This document shows, piece after piece, positions 47,269 through 60,435 of a DNA stretch of 64,000 nucleotides; the stretch's first letter is position 1; every line of letters begins with the position of its first letter. The notes under the pieces are model-generated. The model searched no databases and was not told where the DNA came from. It saw nothing but the letters and a program-made list of their open reading frames with translations. The stretch comes from Lingula anatina. Its lineage: Eukaryota; Animalia; Brachiopoda. Position numbers and translations under genes: made by a program. The stretch covers positions 10,052,954-10,116,953 of the forward strand of contig CM120644.1 of NCBI GenBank assembly GCA_051362555.1, read 5' to 3'.

Positions 47269-48504
47269 TTAAGTGTTAAAATTCAAATCATTGGGAGGAA
47301 TACAGTGTCCATCTATAAACCACTTGGCCAGTTGTCCCGGCGGGTACCATGTCACCGGTTCACTGGGGTCGTTTAATTTGGCACATAAATCACAGTATAC
47401 ATCTGCTTTTGGGAACAGTCCAACATACTGGTTCTTCCACTCTAAATATTTAACATATGCCTTGACATTGCCGTCCAGGTATTTCAGATAGTCTGCTAAA
47501 TCTTTAGGAGATTTAAAATCGTTCGTATTGATGTGCCACTCGGGTTTTATTCCAGCCCTTGAATAATTTGCCGGACCTCTCGTTACCGTTACAATGTCTC
47601 GATCAAACATTTTCCAAAATTTCTCTGTGACGTAATCAGTTGAGATACTATTCTCGAAGGACAGGTAAAACTTGTAGTCATTGCTAATGTTGTCCAAACA
47701 TTTTTCATTGTCGCGTTTTGAACACTTAAAGGGGCCACACGCACCGTACACATCAACTGAGATGTATTTCTTAAGTTCTGAGACATATCTTTCTCGTTGA
47801 CCCCGTGTCCCACAGTCGCTGACCATCCAGGCCACCTTTTTAGTTTTCTTGAGCGCAATTTTGGTGAAATTTTTAGTAATAGGGGTCGATCGTTTCTTGG
47901 CGTAACCATATGGAAGAAAAAAGGTCGAGTCTCTCCGAAATGAGATGGTCCAGTTAAACATCCCTGCCCAAACACCTCCGCTTTCTGCGGCTTCGGTGTA
48001 ACACGAGCTCTCGTGGGTTACCCATATCCAGCGTTGATGGGGCAATTTTTGGGGTTTGCTTCCCAAACTTCTGCCTATAAAAACAATAGCGTCACTTTTA
48101 TCAGCTAAAGACTTTTTCTCAGTGTATATACAGTTATCTACTTTGCAGCCAATGGATTTAAAGACCGGCTTGGCGTAGTCTCTGAGGTGCATGAAGTCCC
48201 ACCCCGGCACGGGACGCCAGGACAGAATCACCTTAGGCTTGTTGGGCGTGGCGGAGATGACTGCCGCAAGAGAATACGTAGTGGTTTCTCTTTCCTGTAA
48301 TCGACTTTTTGCCACAGCTTTTGGGTAGGGAATCGACACCCGTATTTTCGTATAAAAGTCGGATAATTTCACAAAGCTGAGTAAAGCGGAAATGGCAAAA
48401 GCGGTAATGATGGTGTAGGTCAGGATTCTGCACGCTGTTTTGGAACTGCATGGGACGTATTTTGTAGTCTTTAAATAGGCTGTGATGCCAGATATGTCTC
48501 CCAT
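47269..48504 (-). CDS. GT10 alpha-1,3/4-fucosyltransferase, copy 1 (411 aa)
   Basis: Type II membrane anchor (ILTYTIITAFAISALLSFV), FNWTISFRRDS, VAWMVSDC, alpha-1,3-FucT motif YKFYLSFENSISTDYVTEKFW, CDLC; single coding exon. Confidence 0.95.
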   Translation of the reverse strand: MGDISGITAYLKTTKYVPCSSKTACRILTYTIITAFAISALLSFVKLSDFYTKIRVSIPYPKAVAKSRLQERETTTYSLAAVISATPNKPKVILSWRPVPGWDFMHLRDYAKPVFKSIGCKVDNCIYTEKKSLADKSDAIVFIGRSLGSKPQKLPHQRWIWVTHESSCYTEAAESGGVWAGMFNWTISFRRDSTFFLPYGYAKKRSTPITKNFTKIALKKTKKVAWMVSDCGTRGQRERYVSELKKYISVDVYGACGPFKCSKRDNEKCLDNISNDYKFYLSFENSISTDYVTEKFWKMFDRDIVTVTRGPANYSRAGIKPEWHINTNDFKSPKDLADYLKYLDGNVKAYVKYLEWKNQYVGLFPKADVYCDLCAKLNDPSEPVTWYPPGQLAKWFIDGHCIPPNDLNFNT

Positions 48505-50575
48505 ACTTAATACTTATAGGGCTGATTCTCTAAGGCGCCAGATATCCAATTTTTATCCCGGTGTTGTTGAAGTATCTGAAAATGAAATATATGTACATGT
48601 ATTTTGTGGTAAATGTGAACTTCAAAAACATTTTGACCTATTATCTAGGACTGTGCAATGTGTTAGAATAGTCACTGATAAAATCAATTTCAACAATAGA
48701 TATTGCTCATTTAAACAATCTTTATAAATTAGATGGTGAAGATGTAAGACAGACTTTGAGCGTCTGTGTATGTGTGCTCCTGATAGTTCCACGTTTTATA
48801 TATTAGCTAATGCGTGGAAAACCATGACAATATACTCGTAAATGAGCAAAAATATTCATTAGCTCGGTACTTGAATATATACAAATCGTAAGTATTTGAC
48901 ATATACTGGAGATTTGTCCTCACCGTCTGTTAGCTCAAATCCTGTCAGAGATGATATATTAATAACTGATCTATGAATGGCATAATAAAAATATTCTGAA
49001 ACAGTGAATAGGAAAACGAACAGAGAGTAGCCGATATGGTATTTTCATTCTAATATTCATACTAGTTTAAAAAAAGAATATATTTTATTAATCCTTGCAC
49101 GAAGCGCAGCACGGAAAAGGTGTGTGGAATTTTTCTGATGAATTTTAGGGAAATTCTAGCCCCCCAAACCCCTTCCAAGTCCACTAAAGTTGGTTAATTG
49201 TCGGTGCCCAGTTGCATGTATGCTTTCTCCCTCCCCCAGGCACTGAGCATGTCAGGAAAGACACCGTGAGCATGTGATCATGATCCAGTTGAATACGACA
49301 AACCTGATATATTCCCCAACATTTAACCACGATGGGCGGATCTAACACGTAGTAGGCCTATAGAAGTTGTAAAACTCATTATGAAATTGAGATCTTTAAT
49401 TGCGTTTTTAACTTTTATCATTTTATTGATTGCTTCGTGTTGCACCATCTTAGATGTTCGACATTACCATCAAAATAATGAATTTACTAACGGCACAGGC
49501 CTTGGCAATTGCAGTATCTAAACATAGAATAATATTATTTATAGTTCTGTTTAAAGGAATTACCTGTAATAGTCAAATATCCGGTTGACTTTTCTGTCGT
49601 CGAATTTTTAAGTCTACTGAAAAGCAGAAGATTCTAATTCCACCCAGATGCTAAATATTTCTTCATATTAACAATGTAGTAAGCTGTAGGAACTGTCCAC
49701 ATTGATGTATAGCATAAAACCACCTACAGAGTAAAAGTAGCAAGTATTAATAACAATAAATGTAGTCTTAGTCGTTTCTTATATTTTAAAATATTTAAAA
49801 ATACGAAACGACACGCGAATAAACAGTCAAAAGACAAAAAGGAGAAGAAGAAGAAAAACAAAAACAAAAAGTAATCACCCTTAAACCCAGTACAGCATTG
49901 GAACGATTATAATTAATTTTGTATATCACAGGGGATACTCACATGCGAAAATGAGCCAGCATCACCAGCATACACTTTACTTTAGATCCGGTGGTTTTAT
50001 ACAAAGAAATCGTAGTGTCTCTGGCCATTCCCGTTTTACATATATACAGTCTCAAATTTCACTTCCTCAGTGTGGTCATCAGTGCTATTGCAAACACGCT
50101 GTATGTACATTGTACCATCATGGCGACATGACGATGTTTGGATATAACTTTGTACCTGGGGTTGAATCCTGAGCCAAGAAATAAATCATAAATATAGTCA
50201 TAAATCACGTAAGCGCCTTTGCAATCTTTGAAAGGTGTTTTAACCTGGGGCATATCGTTACTTTAGTAATTTTGGTTTCGGGAGGAAGCGCTAGTATTTA
50301 TGTTCTGACTGACTGTGCGCAGCGAGCGTGACCATGTAATTATATATAAAAACGTACTACGAAAAACTAAGATTACGTCATAACATCCGTCTGAAAGCTT
50401 AACCGGGGCGTACCCAAGTCTTGAACATGTAGCTGTCGACTGGCGGCCGGGGCTGGGCTGGGAGGAAGGGGGAGTCTGATTAATAAGCAATATTGCTTCG
50501 TTATCAACCGTTATCTCCCATTATCAGGTTTATTCCATGTAAGTTTCAACAGACAGATTTCAATCTTACCTGCCT

Positions 50576-50628
<53 letters not shown>

Positions 50629-51867
50629 TTCGGAGATTTTTCTTTAATTCCTCAGGCTAACACGAAAATGACGTCACACGAATCTCAGACATACGTAAAT
50701 GTGAACTTTTTGGATGTGGAAAATGTCTTTTTGATGAGTTATTCTATATAATACCGAAAGTTATGATAAAGACGGTCTTCGCTTGAACCTCCTCTGTCCT
50801 AACTAGCGTATCCATTAGCTTGTGCAGTGCGGTGCGGTGTGCTCACTGTCAAGTCCGATGTTGTAGATCTCTCCCATCTTCCCTTTGTGAAGAATGAGGT
50901 CCAAGCCTATTGTATACACCATAAGTCAGTCATATAGGAAATGTTGCGCACCCATCAAACATGATCGTAGACTACATGACAGGATGGCACTGGTTTTACC
51001 GTAAAACTGGAATGTATTTTGATTGTGATATCGGAGTTTTAAAACTGCAACAGCAGCAGGTGAATGTGGCAGAGAAGACAGCACAGATGTGTGGCGGAGG
51101 GACGCAGCAGAGAAATGTGGCTGAGAAGACACAGAAAAGTGCGGCCTATAAAACAGCAGGGGAATGTGGCAGAAGACACAGCAGAGAAGACAGAGACATG
51201 TGACATAAAAAACAACAGGGAAATGTGACAGTGCTCAGTTAAATGTGACAGAGAAGACACAGTAGAGTTTTGCGATAAAATAAAGGTCTAAAACTCCTTT
51301 ATTTCCCATGACAATATACATTAAACGTGTAGACCCCCAGAACAGTTTTTTTTTACTCTTTAAAACATGAAAAAACACGTTACTTGTGATTTTTAAGGCA
51401 CGGGACCCTACAATATCATGAAGGATCATTAAATAGAAAAGGATTTGACTTCCACATTCTGTTCCCAGACCTAAGCCATTAGTGTCTTAAATAAGGCTAT
51501 ATTACAAAACAAAGACACAATACATAAAATCATATTACATAGCTAATTTTGAACTATTTCAACTATACCATACTAGTATGGCACTAACAAAGGTTAGTTG
51601 GCTAACTGGTACAATTTCTTGAATCAGATGTAAAATTACAAGCAATGAAACAAATCCAACTTTTCCATTAGAGATAATAACCTGTGACAGAATGTTACAA
51701 AATTTCTCACAAAATTTCTGAGTGGTAATTGAGTGTAGACGCATTGGTTGCTAAGAAGCCACGTGCCGCGCAGTACACTTACGACGCGCCTTTAGAGCAA
51801 CGTCAAGGGTTAAATAGTGCATAAAGGGCTGGGGGAGGCAATGGGAATGGTTAACAAAATTGCAAAA

Positions 51868-51898
<31 letters not shown>

Positions 51899-51917
51899 AT
51901 GAATAAATAAAATAAAA

Positions 51918-51952
<35 letters not shown>

Positions 51953-52884
51953 AAACAACGAAAGAAAGGTGAAAGGAGAAAGACGGCAATTAAGAAAGAA
52001 TGTGAATCCATAGGAAGAATGCTTAATTTTATTTAAACTACTTGACAAATAACATTTAATTTTCATCGTCGAGATTTAGCGTTTTTCAGATAGATTGGAT
52101 TAGCAAAGTGCGTAATACATGTATTTTCTCTTATTTATTTATTTATTTTGCATTTGTTTAATACCATGCAGGAAAAGGAAAATACTGTAATAAGTGTAAC
52201 ATTTCAGCAATTTTAATAAATTTCTGGGAGTTTTTTCTAAATTATAATAGCCATTAATTTTTAAATGGTCCATATTCCCTTGTGCAAGCTGAGATAAGGG
52301 TGTTTCACAAGGTTATTTATGTAAATTGCATTTTTCAGAGAGAAGACAAAAACGAACTATTTCATTTCACTCACACCTCCTTGACCAATGTTATGTTATT
52401 TTGGGTAAAGTATACCAACCCCATGCATATGTTGTACCATTTAGAAATGGAAACAATATAAAATCTGAAGATGGTACCATTAATTCACAATATAACGGAC
52501 AAACATTTTTGTGTACATTTAAGGAATACAAACTGTTTCAGTAAAGGGCTGCTGCGCTTAGAGTGTCTACAGAAGCTATGGGGTATACAGGTCAGTTTAT
52601 TCACAAGTCATATACATACGTATATAATGCTGGTCGCCCTTGGTACCTCTGGTGTGTGTGTGTGTGTGTGTGTGTACCCAAGGTCCCCATGACAACCATT
52701 CCTGTCACAACCATACTTACATCGATTGCGTTAGTTGAGAAATGGGATGTGTTTACAAACCAAGAGACAATGGCATAATACAATCAAATAGTGAAATGTG
52801 ACCTGTTCTCAGCTACACTGTATATGTATCATTTACATTACCGTATATTAATTCCTCACTCCATACTTTAAATTGGTAGGTATT

Positions 52885-54126
52885 TTAAGAGTTAAAATCC
52901 AAATCATTAGGAGGAATACAGTGTCCATCTATAAACCACTTGGCCAGTTGTCCCGGCGGGTACCATGTCACCGGTTCACTGGGGTCGTTTAATTTGGCAC
53001 ATAAATCACAGTATACATCTGCTTTTGGGAACAGTCCAACATACTGGTTCTTCCACTCTAAATATTTAACATACGCCGTGACATTTCTGTCCAGATATTT
53101 CAGATAGTCTGCTAAATCTTTGGGAGATTTAAAATCGTTCGTATTAATGTGCCACTCGGGTTTTATTCCAGCCCTTGAATAATTTGCCGGGCCTCTCGTT
53201 ACCGTTACAATGTCTAGATCGAACATTTTCCAAAATTTCTCTGTTACATAATCTGTTGAGATACTATTCTCAAAGGACAGGTAAAACTTGTAGTCCCTGC
53301 TAATGTTGTCCAAACATTTTTCATTGTCGAGTTTTGAACACTTAAAGGGGCCACACGCACCGTACACATCAACTGAGATGTATTTCTTAAGTTCTGAGAC
53401 ATATCTTTCTCGTTGACCCCGTGTCCCACAGTTGCTGACCATCCAGGCCACCTTTTTAGTTTTCTTGAGCGCAATTTTGGTGAAATTTTTGGTAAGAGGG
53501 GTCGATCGTTTCTTGGCGTGACCATATGGAAGAAAAAAGGTCGAGTCTCTCCGAAATGAGATGGTCCAGTTAAACATCCCTGCCCAAACACCTCCGCTTT
53601 CTGCGGCTTCGGTATAACACGAACTCTCGAGGGTTACCCATATCCACCGTTGATGGGGCAGTTTTTTTGGTTTACTTCCCAAACTTCTGCCTATGAAAAC
53701 AATAGCGTCACTTTTATCAGCTAAAGACTTTTTCTCAGTGTAGATGCAGTTGTCTACTTTGCAGCCAATGGATTTAAAGACGGGCTTAGCATAGTCTCTG
53801 AGGTGCATGAAGTCCCACCCCGGCCCGGGAGGCCAGGACAGAATCACCTTAGGCTTGTTGGACGTGGCGGGGATGACTCCCGCAGGAGAATACGTAGTCT
53901 TTTGTCTTTCCTGTAATCGACTTTTTGCCACAATTTTTGAGTAGGGAATCGACACCCGTATTTTCGCATAAAAGTCGGATAATTTCACAAAGCTGAATAA
54001 AGTGGTAATGGCAAAAGCGATAATGATGGTGTAGGCCAGGATTCTGCACGCTGTTTTGGCACGTGTACTGCATGGGACGTGTTTTGTAGTCTTTGAATAG
54101 GCTGTGGTGTCAGATATGTCCACCAT
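52885..54126 (-). CDS. GT10 alpha-1,3/4-fucosyltransferase, copy 2 (413 aa)
   Basis: Same motifs as copy 1; intact ORF. Confidence 0.95.
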   Translation of the reverse strand: MVDISDTTAYSKTTKHVPCSTRAKTACRILAYTIIIAFAITTLFSFVKLSDFYAKIRVSIPYSKIVAKSRLQERQKTTYSPAGVIPATSNKPKVILSWPPGPGWDFMHLRDYAKPVFKSIGCKVDNCIYTEKKSLADKSDAIVFIGRSLGSKPKKLPHQRWIWVTLESSCYTEAAESGGVWAGMFNWTISFRRDSTFFLPYGHAKKRSTPLTKNFTKIALKKTKKVAWMVSNCGTRGQRERYVSELKKYISVDVYGACGPFKCSKLDNEKCLDNISRDYKFYLSFENSISTDYVTEKFWKMFDLDIVTVTRGPANYSRAGIKPEWHINTNDFKSPKDLADYLKYLDRNVTAYVKYLEWKNQYVGLFPKADVYCDLCAKLNDPSEPVTWYPPGQLAKWFIDGHCIPPNDLDFNS

Positions 54127-56322
54127 ACTTAATACTTATAGGGCTGATTCTCTAAGGCGCCAGATATCCAATTTTGTCCTGGTGTTGTTGAAGTATCTGA
54201 AAATGAAATATATGTACATGTATTTTGTGGTAAATGTGAACTTCAAAAACATTTTGACCTATTATCTAGGACTGTGCAATGTGTTAGAATAGTCACTGAT
54301 AAAATTAATTTCAACAATAAATATTGCTTATTTAAACAATCCTTATAAATTAGATGGTGAAGATCTAGGACAGGCTTTGAGCGTCTGTGTATGTGTTTTA
54401 CTGATAGTTCCACTATTTTTATATATTAGCTAATGCGTGGAAAACCATGACAATATACTCGTAAATGAGCAAAAATATTCATTAGCTCGGTACTTGAATA
54501 TATACAAATCGTAAGTATTTGACATATACTGGAGATTTGTCCTCACCGTCTGTTAGCTCAAATCCTGTCAGAGATGATATATTAATAACTGATCTATGAA
54601 TGGCATAATAAAAATATTCTGAAACAGTGAATAGGAAAACGAACAGAGAGTAGCCGATATGGTATTTTCATTCTAATATTCATACTAGTTTAAAAAAAGA
54701 ATATATTTTATTAATCCTTGCACGAAGCGCAGCACGGAAAAGGTGTGTGGAATTTTTCTGATGAATTTTAGGGAAATTCTAGCCCCCAAAACCCCTTCCA
54801 AGTCCACTAAAGTTGGTTAATTGTCGGTGCCCAGTTGCATGTACGCTTTCTCCCTCCCCCAGGCACTGAGCATGTCAGGAAAGACACCGTGAGCATGTGA
54901 TCATGATCCAGTTGAATACGAGAAACCTGATATATTTCCCAACATTTAACCACGATGGGCGGATCTAACACGTAGTAGGCCTATAGAAGTTGTAAAACTC
55001 ATTATGAAATTGAGATCTTTAATTGCGTTTTTAACTTTTATCATTTTATTGATTGCTTCGTGTTGCACCATCTTAGATGTTCGACATTACCATCAAAATA
55101 ATGAATTTGCTAACGGCACAGGCCTTGGCAATTGCAGTATCTGAACATAGAATAATATTATTTATAGTTCTGTTTAAAGGAATTACCTGTAATAGTCAAA
55201 TATCCGGTTGACTTTTCTGTCGTCGAATTTTTAAGTCTACTGAAAAGCAGAAGATTCTAATTCCACCCAGATGCTAAATATTTCTTCATATTAACAATGT
55301 AGTACGCTGTAGGAACTGTCCTCATTGATGTATAGCATAAAACCACCTACTGAAAAGCAGAAGATTCTAATTCCACCCAGATGCTAAATATTTCTTCATA
55401 TTAACAATGTAGTACGCTGTAGGAACTGTCCACATTGATGTATAGCATAAAACCACCTACAGAGTAAAAGTAGCAAGTATTAATAACAATAAATGTAGTC
55501 TTAGTCGTTTCTTATATTTTAAAATATTTAAAAATACGAAACGACACGCGAATAAACAGGCAAAAGACAAAAAGGAGAAGAAGAAGAAAAACAAAAACAA
55601 AAAGTAATCACCCTTAAACCCAGTACAGCATTGGAACGATTATAATTAATTTTGTATATCACAGGGGATACTCACATGCGAAAATGAGCCAGCATCACCA
55701 GCATACACTTTACTTTAGATCCGGTGGTTTTATACAAAGAAATCGTAGTGTCTCTGGCCATTCCCGTTTTACATATATACAGTCTCAAATTTCACTTCCT
55801 CAGTGTGGTCATCAGTGCTATTGCAAACACGCTGTATGTACATTGTACCATCATGGCGACATGACGATGTCTGGATATAACTTTGTACGTGGGGTTGAAT
55901 CCTGAGCCAAGAAATAAATCATAAATATAGTCATAAATCACGTAAGCGCCTTTGCAATCTTTGAAAGGTGTTTTAACCTGGGGCATATCGTTACTTTAGT
56001 AATTTTGGTTTCAGGAGGAAGCGCTAGTATTTATGTTCTGACTGACTGTGCGCAGCGAGCGTGACCATGTAATTATATATAAAAACGTACTACGAAAAAC
56101 TAAGATTACGTCATAACATCCGTCTGAAAGCTTAACCGGGGCGTACCCAAGTCTTGAACATGTAGCTGTCGACTGGCGGCCGGGGCTGGGCTGGGAGGAA
56201 GGGGGAGTCTGATTAATAAGCAATATTGCTTCGTTATCAACCATGGACACGTATTGTTATTCTCCCATTATCAGGTTTATTCCATATAAGTTTCAACAGA
56301 CAGATTTCAATCTTACCTGCCT

Positions 56323-56415
<93 letters not shown>

Positions 56416-57675
56416 TTTTTTCGGAGATTTTTCTTTTTAAAATTCCTCAGGCTAACACGAAAATGACGTCACACGAATCTCAGACAGACGTAAATGTGAA
56501 CTTTTTGGATGTGGAAAATGTCTTTTTGATGAGTTATTCTATATAATACCGAAAGTTATGATAAAGACGGTCTTCGCTTGAACCTCCTCTGTCCTAACTA
56601 GCGTATCCATTAGCTTGTGCAGTGCGGTGCGGTGTGCTCACTGTCAAGTCCGATGTTGTAGATCTCTCCCATCTTCCCTTTGTGAAGAATGAGGTCCAAG
56701 CCTATTGTATACACCATAAGTCAGTCATATAGGAAATGTTCCGCACCCATCAAACATGATCGCAGACTACATGACAGGATGGCACTGGTTTTACCGTAAA
56801 ACTGGAATGTATTTTGATTGTGATATCGGAGTTTTAAAACTGCAACAGCAGCAGGTGAATGTGGCAGAGAAGACAGCACAGATGTGTGGCGGAGGGACGC
56901 AGCAGAGAAATGTGGCTGAGAAGACACAGAAAAGTGCGGCCTATAAAACAGCAGGGGAATGTGGCAGAAGACACAGCAGAGAAGACAGAGACATGTGACA
57001 TAAAAAACAACAGGGAAATGTGACAGTGCTCAGAGAAATGTGACAGAGAAGACACAGTAGAGTTTTGCGATAAAATAAAGGTCTAAAACTCCTTTATTTC
57101 CCATGACAATATACATTAAACGTGTAGACCCCCAGAACAGTTTTTTTTACTCTTTAAAACATGAAAAAACACGTTACTTGTGATTTTTAAGGCACGGGAC
57201 CCTACAATATCATGAAGGATCATTAAATAGAAAAGGATTTGACTTCCACATTCTGTTACCAGACCTAAGCCATTAGTGTCTTAAATAAGGCTATATTACA
57301 AAACAAAGACACAATACATAAAATCATATTACATAGCTAATTTTGAACTATTTCAACTATACCATACTAGTATGGCACTAACAAAGGTAAGTTGGCTAAC
57401 TGGTACAATTTCTTGAATCAGATGTAAAATTACAAGCAATGAAACAAATCCAACTTTTCCATTAGAGATAATAACCTGTGACAGAATGTTACAAAATTTC
57501 TCACAAAATTTCTGAGTGGTAATTGAGTGTAGACGCATTGGTTGCTAAGAAGCCACGTGCCGCGCAGTACACTTACGACGCGCCTTTAGAGCAACGTCAA
57601 GGGTTAAATAGTGCATAAAGGGCTGGGGGGGGGGAGGCAATGGGAATGGTTAACAAAATTGCAAAAAAAAAAAAA

Positions 57676-57724
<49 letters not shown>

Positions 57725-57726
57725 AA

Positions 57727-57765
<39 letters not shown>

Positions 57766-58697
57766 AAACAACGAAAGAAAGGTGAAAGGAGAAAGACGGC
57801 AATTAAGAAAGAATGTGAATCCATAGGAAGAATGCTTAATTTTATTTAAACTACTTGACAAATAACATTTAATTTTCATCGTCGAGATTTAGCGTTTTTC
57901 AGATAGATTGGATTAGCAAAGTGCGTAATACATGTATTTTCTCTTATTTATTTATTTATTTTGCATTTGTTTAATACCATGCAGGAAAGGGAAAATACTG
58001 TAATAAGTGTAACATTTCAGCAATTTTACAAAATTTCTGGGAGTTTTTTCTAAATTATAATAGCCATTAATTTTTAAATGGTCCATATTCCCTTGTGCAA
58101 GCTGAGATAAGGGTGTTTCACAAGGTTATTTATGTAAATTGCATTTTTCAGAGAGAAGACAAAAACGAACTATTTCATTTCTTTCACATCTCTTTGACCA
58201 ATGTTATGTTATTTTGGGTAAAGTATACCAACCCCATGCATATGTTGTACCATTTAGAAATGGAAACAATATAAAATCTGAAGATGGTACCATTAATTCA
58301 CAATATAACGGACAAACATTTTTGTGTACATTTAAGGAATACAAACTGTTTCAATAAAGGGCTGCTGCGCTTAGAGTGTCTACAGAAGCTATGGGGTATA
58401 CAGGTCAGTTTATTCACAAGTCATATACATACGTATATAATGCTGGTCGCCCTTGGTACCTCTGGTGTGTGTGTGTGTGTGTGTGTATACCCAAGGTCCC
58501 CATGACAACCATTCCTGTCACAACCATACTTACATCGATTGCGTTAGTTGAGAAATGGGATGTGTTTACAAACCAAGAGACAATGGCATAATACAATCAA
58601 ATAGTGAAATGTGACCTGTTCTCAGCTACACTGTATATGTATCATTTACATTACCGTATATTAATTCCTCACTCCATACTTTAAATTGGTAGGTATT

Positions 58698-59938
58698 TTA
58701 AGAGTTAAAATTCAAATCATTAGGAGGAATACAGTGTCCATCTATAAACCACTTGGCCAGTTGTCCCGGCGGGTACCATGTCACCGGTTCACTGGGGTCG
58801 TTTAATTTGGCACATAAATCACAGTATACATCTGCTTTTGGGAACAGTCCAACATACTGGTTCTTCCACTCTAAATATTTAACATACGCCGTGATATTTC
58901 TGTCCAGATATTTCAGATAGTCTGCTAAATCTTTGGGAGATTTAAAATCGTTCGTATTAATGTGCCACTCGGGTTTTATTCCAGCCCTTGAATAATTTGC
59001 CGGGCCTCTCGTTACCGTTACAATGTCTAGATCGAACATTTTCCAAAATTTCTCTGTTACATAATCTGTTGATATACTATTCTCAAAGGACAGGTAAAAC
59101 TTGTAGTCCCTGCTAATGTTGTCCAAACTTTTTTCATTGTCGAGTTTTGAACACTTAAAGGGGCCACACGCACCGTACACATCAACTGAGATGTATTTCT
59201 TAAGTTCTGAGACATATCTTTCTCGTTGACCCCGTGTCCCACAGTTGCTGACCATCCAGGCCACCTTTTTAGTTTTCTTGAGCGCAATTTTGGTGAAATT
59301 TTTGGTAAGAGGGGTCGATCGTTTCTTGGCGTGACCATATGGAAGAAAAAAGGTCGAGTCTCTCCGAAATGAGATGGTCCAGTTAAACATCCCTGCCCAA
59401 ACACCTCCGCTTTCTGCGGCTTCGGTATAACACGAACTCTCGAGGGTTACCCATATCCACCGTTGATGGGGCAGTTTTTTTGGTTTACTTCCCAAACTTC
59501 TGCCTATGAAAACAATAGCGTCACTTTTATCAGCTAAAGACTTTTTCTCAGTGTAGATGCAGTTGTCTACTTTGCAGCCAATGGATTTAAAGACGGGCTT
59601 AGCATAGTCTCTGAGGTGCATGAAGTCCCACCCGGCCCGGGAGGCCAGGACAGAATCACCTTAGGCTTGTTGGACGTGGCGGGGATGACTCCCGCAGGAG
59701 AATACGTAGTCTTTTGTCTTTCCTGTAATCGACCTTTTGCCACAATTTTTGAGTAGGGAATCGACACCCGTATTTTCGTATAAAAGTCGGATAATTTCAC
59801 AAAGCTGAATAAAGTGGTAATGGCAAAAGCGATAATGATGGTGTAGGCCAGGATTCTGCACGCTGTTTTGGCACGTGTACTGCATGGGACGTGTTTTGTA
59901 GTCTTTGAATAGGCTGTGGTGTCAGATATGTCCACCAT
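58698..59938 (-). pseudogene. GT10 fucosyltransferase copy 3, frameshifted (or assembly error)
   Basis: Nearly identical to copy 2, but C4 to C3 at ~59631-59633 splits it into ORFs 59567-59938 and 58698-59621. Also EKC to EKS, and upstream homology ends at ~59987. Confidence 0.75.
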
Positions 59939-60189
59939 ACTTAATACTTATAGGGCTGATTCTCTAAGGCGCCAGATATCCAATTTTGATTGCTCACAAT
60001 CACAAATGTTGTAGATTTTTCCCATCTTCCCCTTGTTAAGACCGAGGTCTGCCGTATACACCGTAAGTCAGTTATAGAGAATAGGTTCCGCACTTATCAA
60101 AAATGATCGTAGACTACATGACAGGATGGCACTGGTTTTACCGAAAAACTGGAATGTATTTTGAATGTGTTATTGGAGTTTTAAAACTG

Positions 60190-60435
60190 CAACAGCAGCA
60201 GGTGAATGTCAGAAAGACAGCACAGATGTGTGGCGGAGAAGACGCAGAAAAGTGCGGCCAATAAAACAGCAGGGAAATGTGGCAGAGAAGACACAGCAGA
60301 GAAGACAGAGACATGTGACATAAAAAACAGCAGAGAAAAGTGACAGTGCTCAGAGAAATGTGGCTGAGAAGACAGAAAAGTGAAGCAGGGAAATGTGGCA
60401 GTGCTCAGAGAAATGTGGCTGAGAAGACACAGTAG
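60190..60435. repeat. Degenerate purine-rich short tandem repeats (GCAGAGAAGACAC / AGAAATGTGGC)
   Basis: Direct reading; homologous arrays at ~51050-51265 and ~56845-57060. Confidence 0.75.

Larger units (their letters stand above)
46130..59987. repeat. Tandem segmental triplication, ~5.6-5.8-kb units each carrying a fucosyltransferase
   Basis: Anchor GAGTGGTAATTGAGTGTAGACGCATTGG at ~46133, ~51720 and ~57514; most of 48800-54170 is nearly identical to 54420-59987. Confidence 0.9.

Noticed and set aside
49951-51744. Small ORFs repeated at 55684-57538 as conserved genes
   Set aside because: Their identity reflects the recent segmental duplication, not coding constraint.
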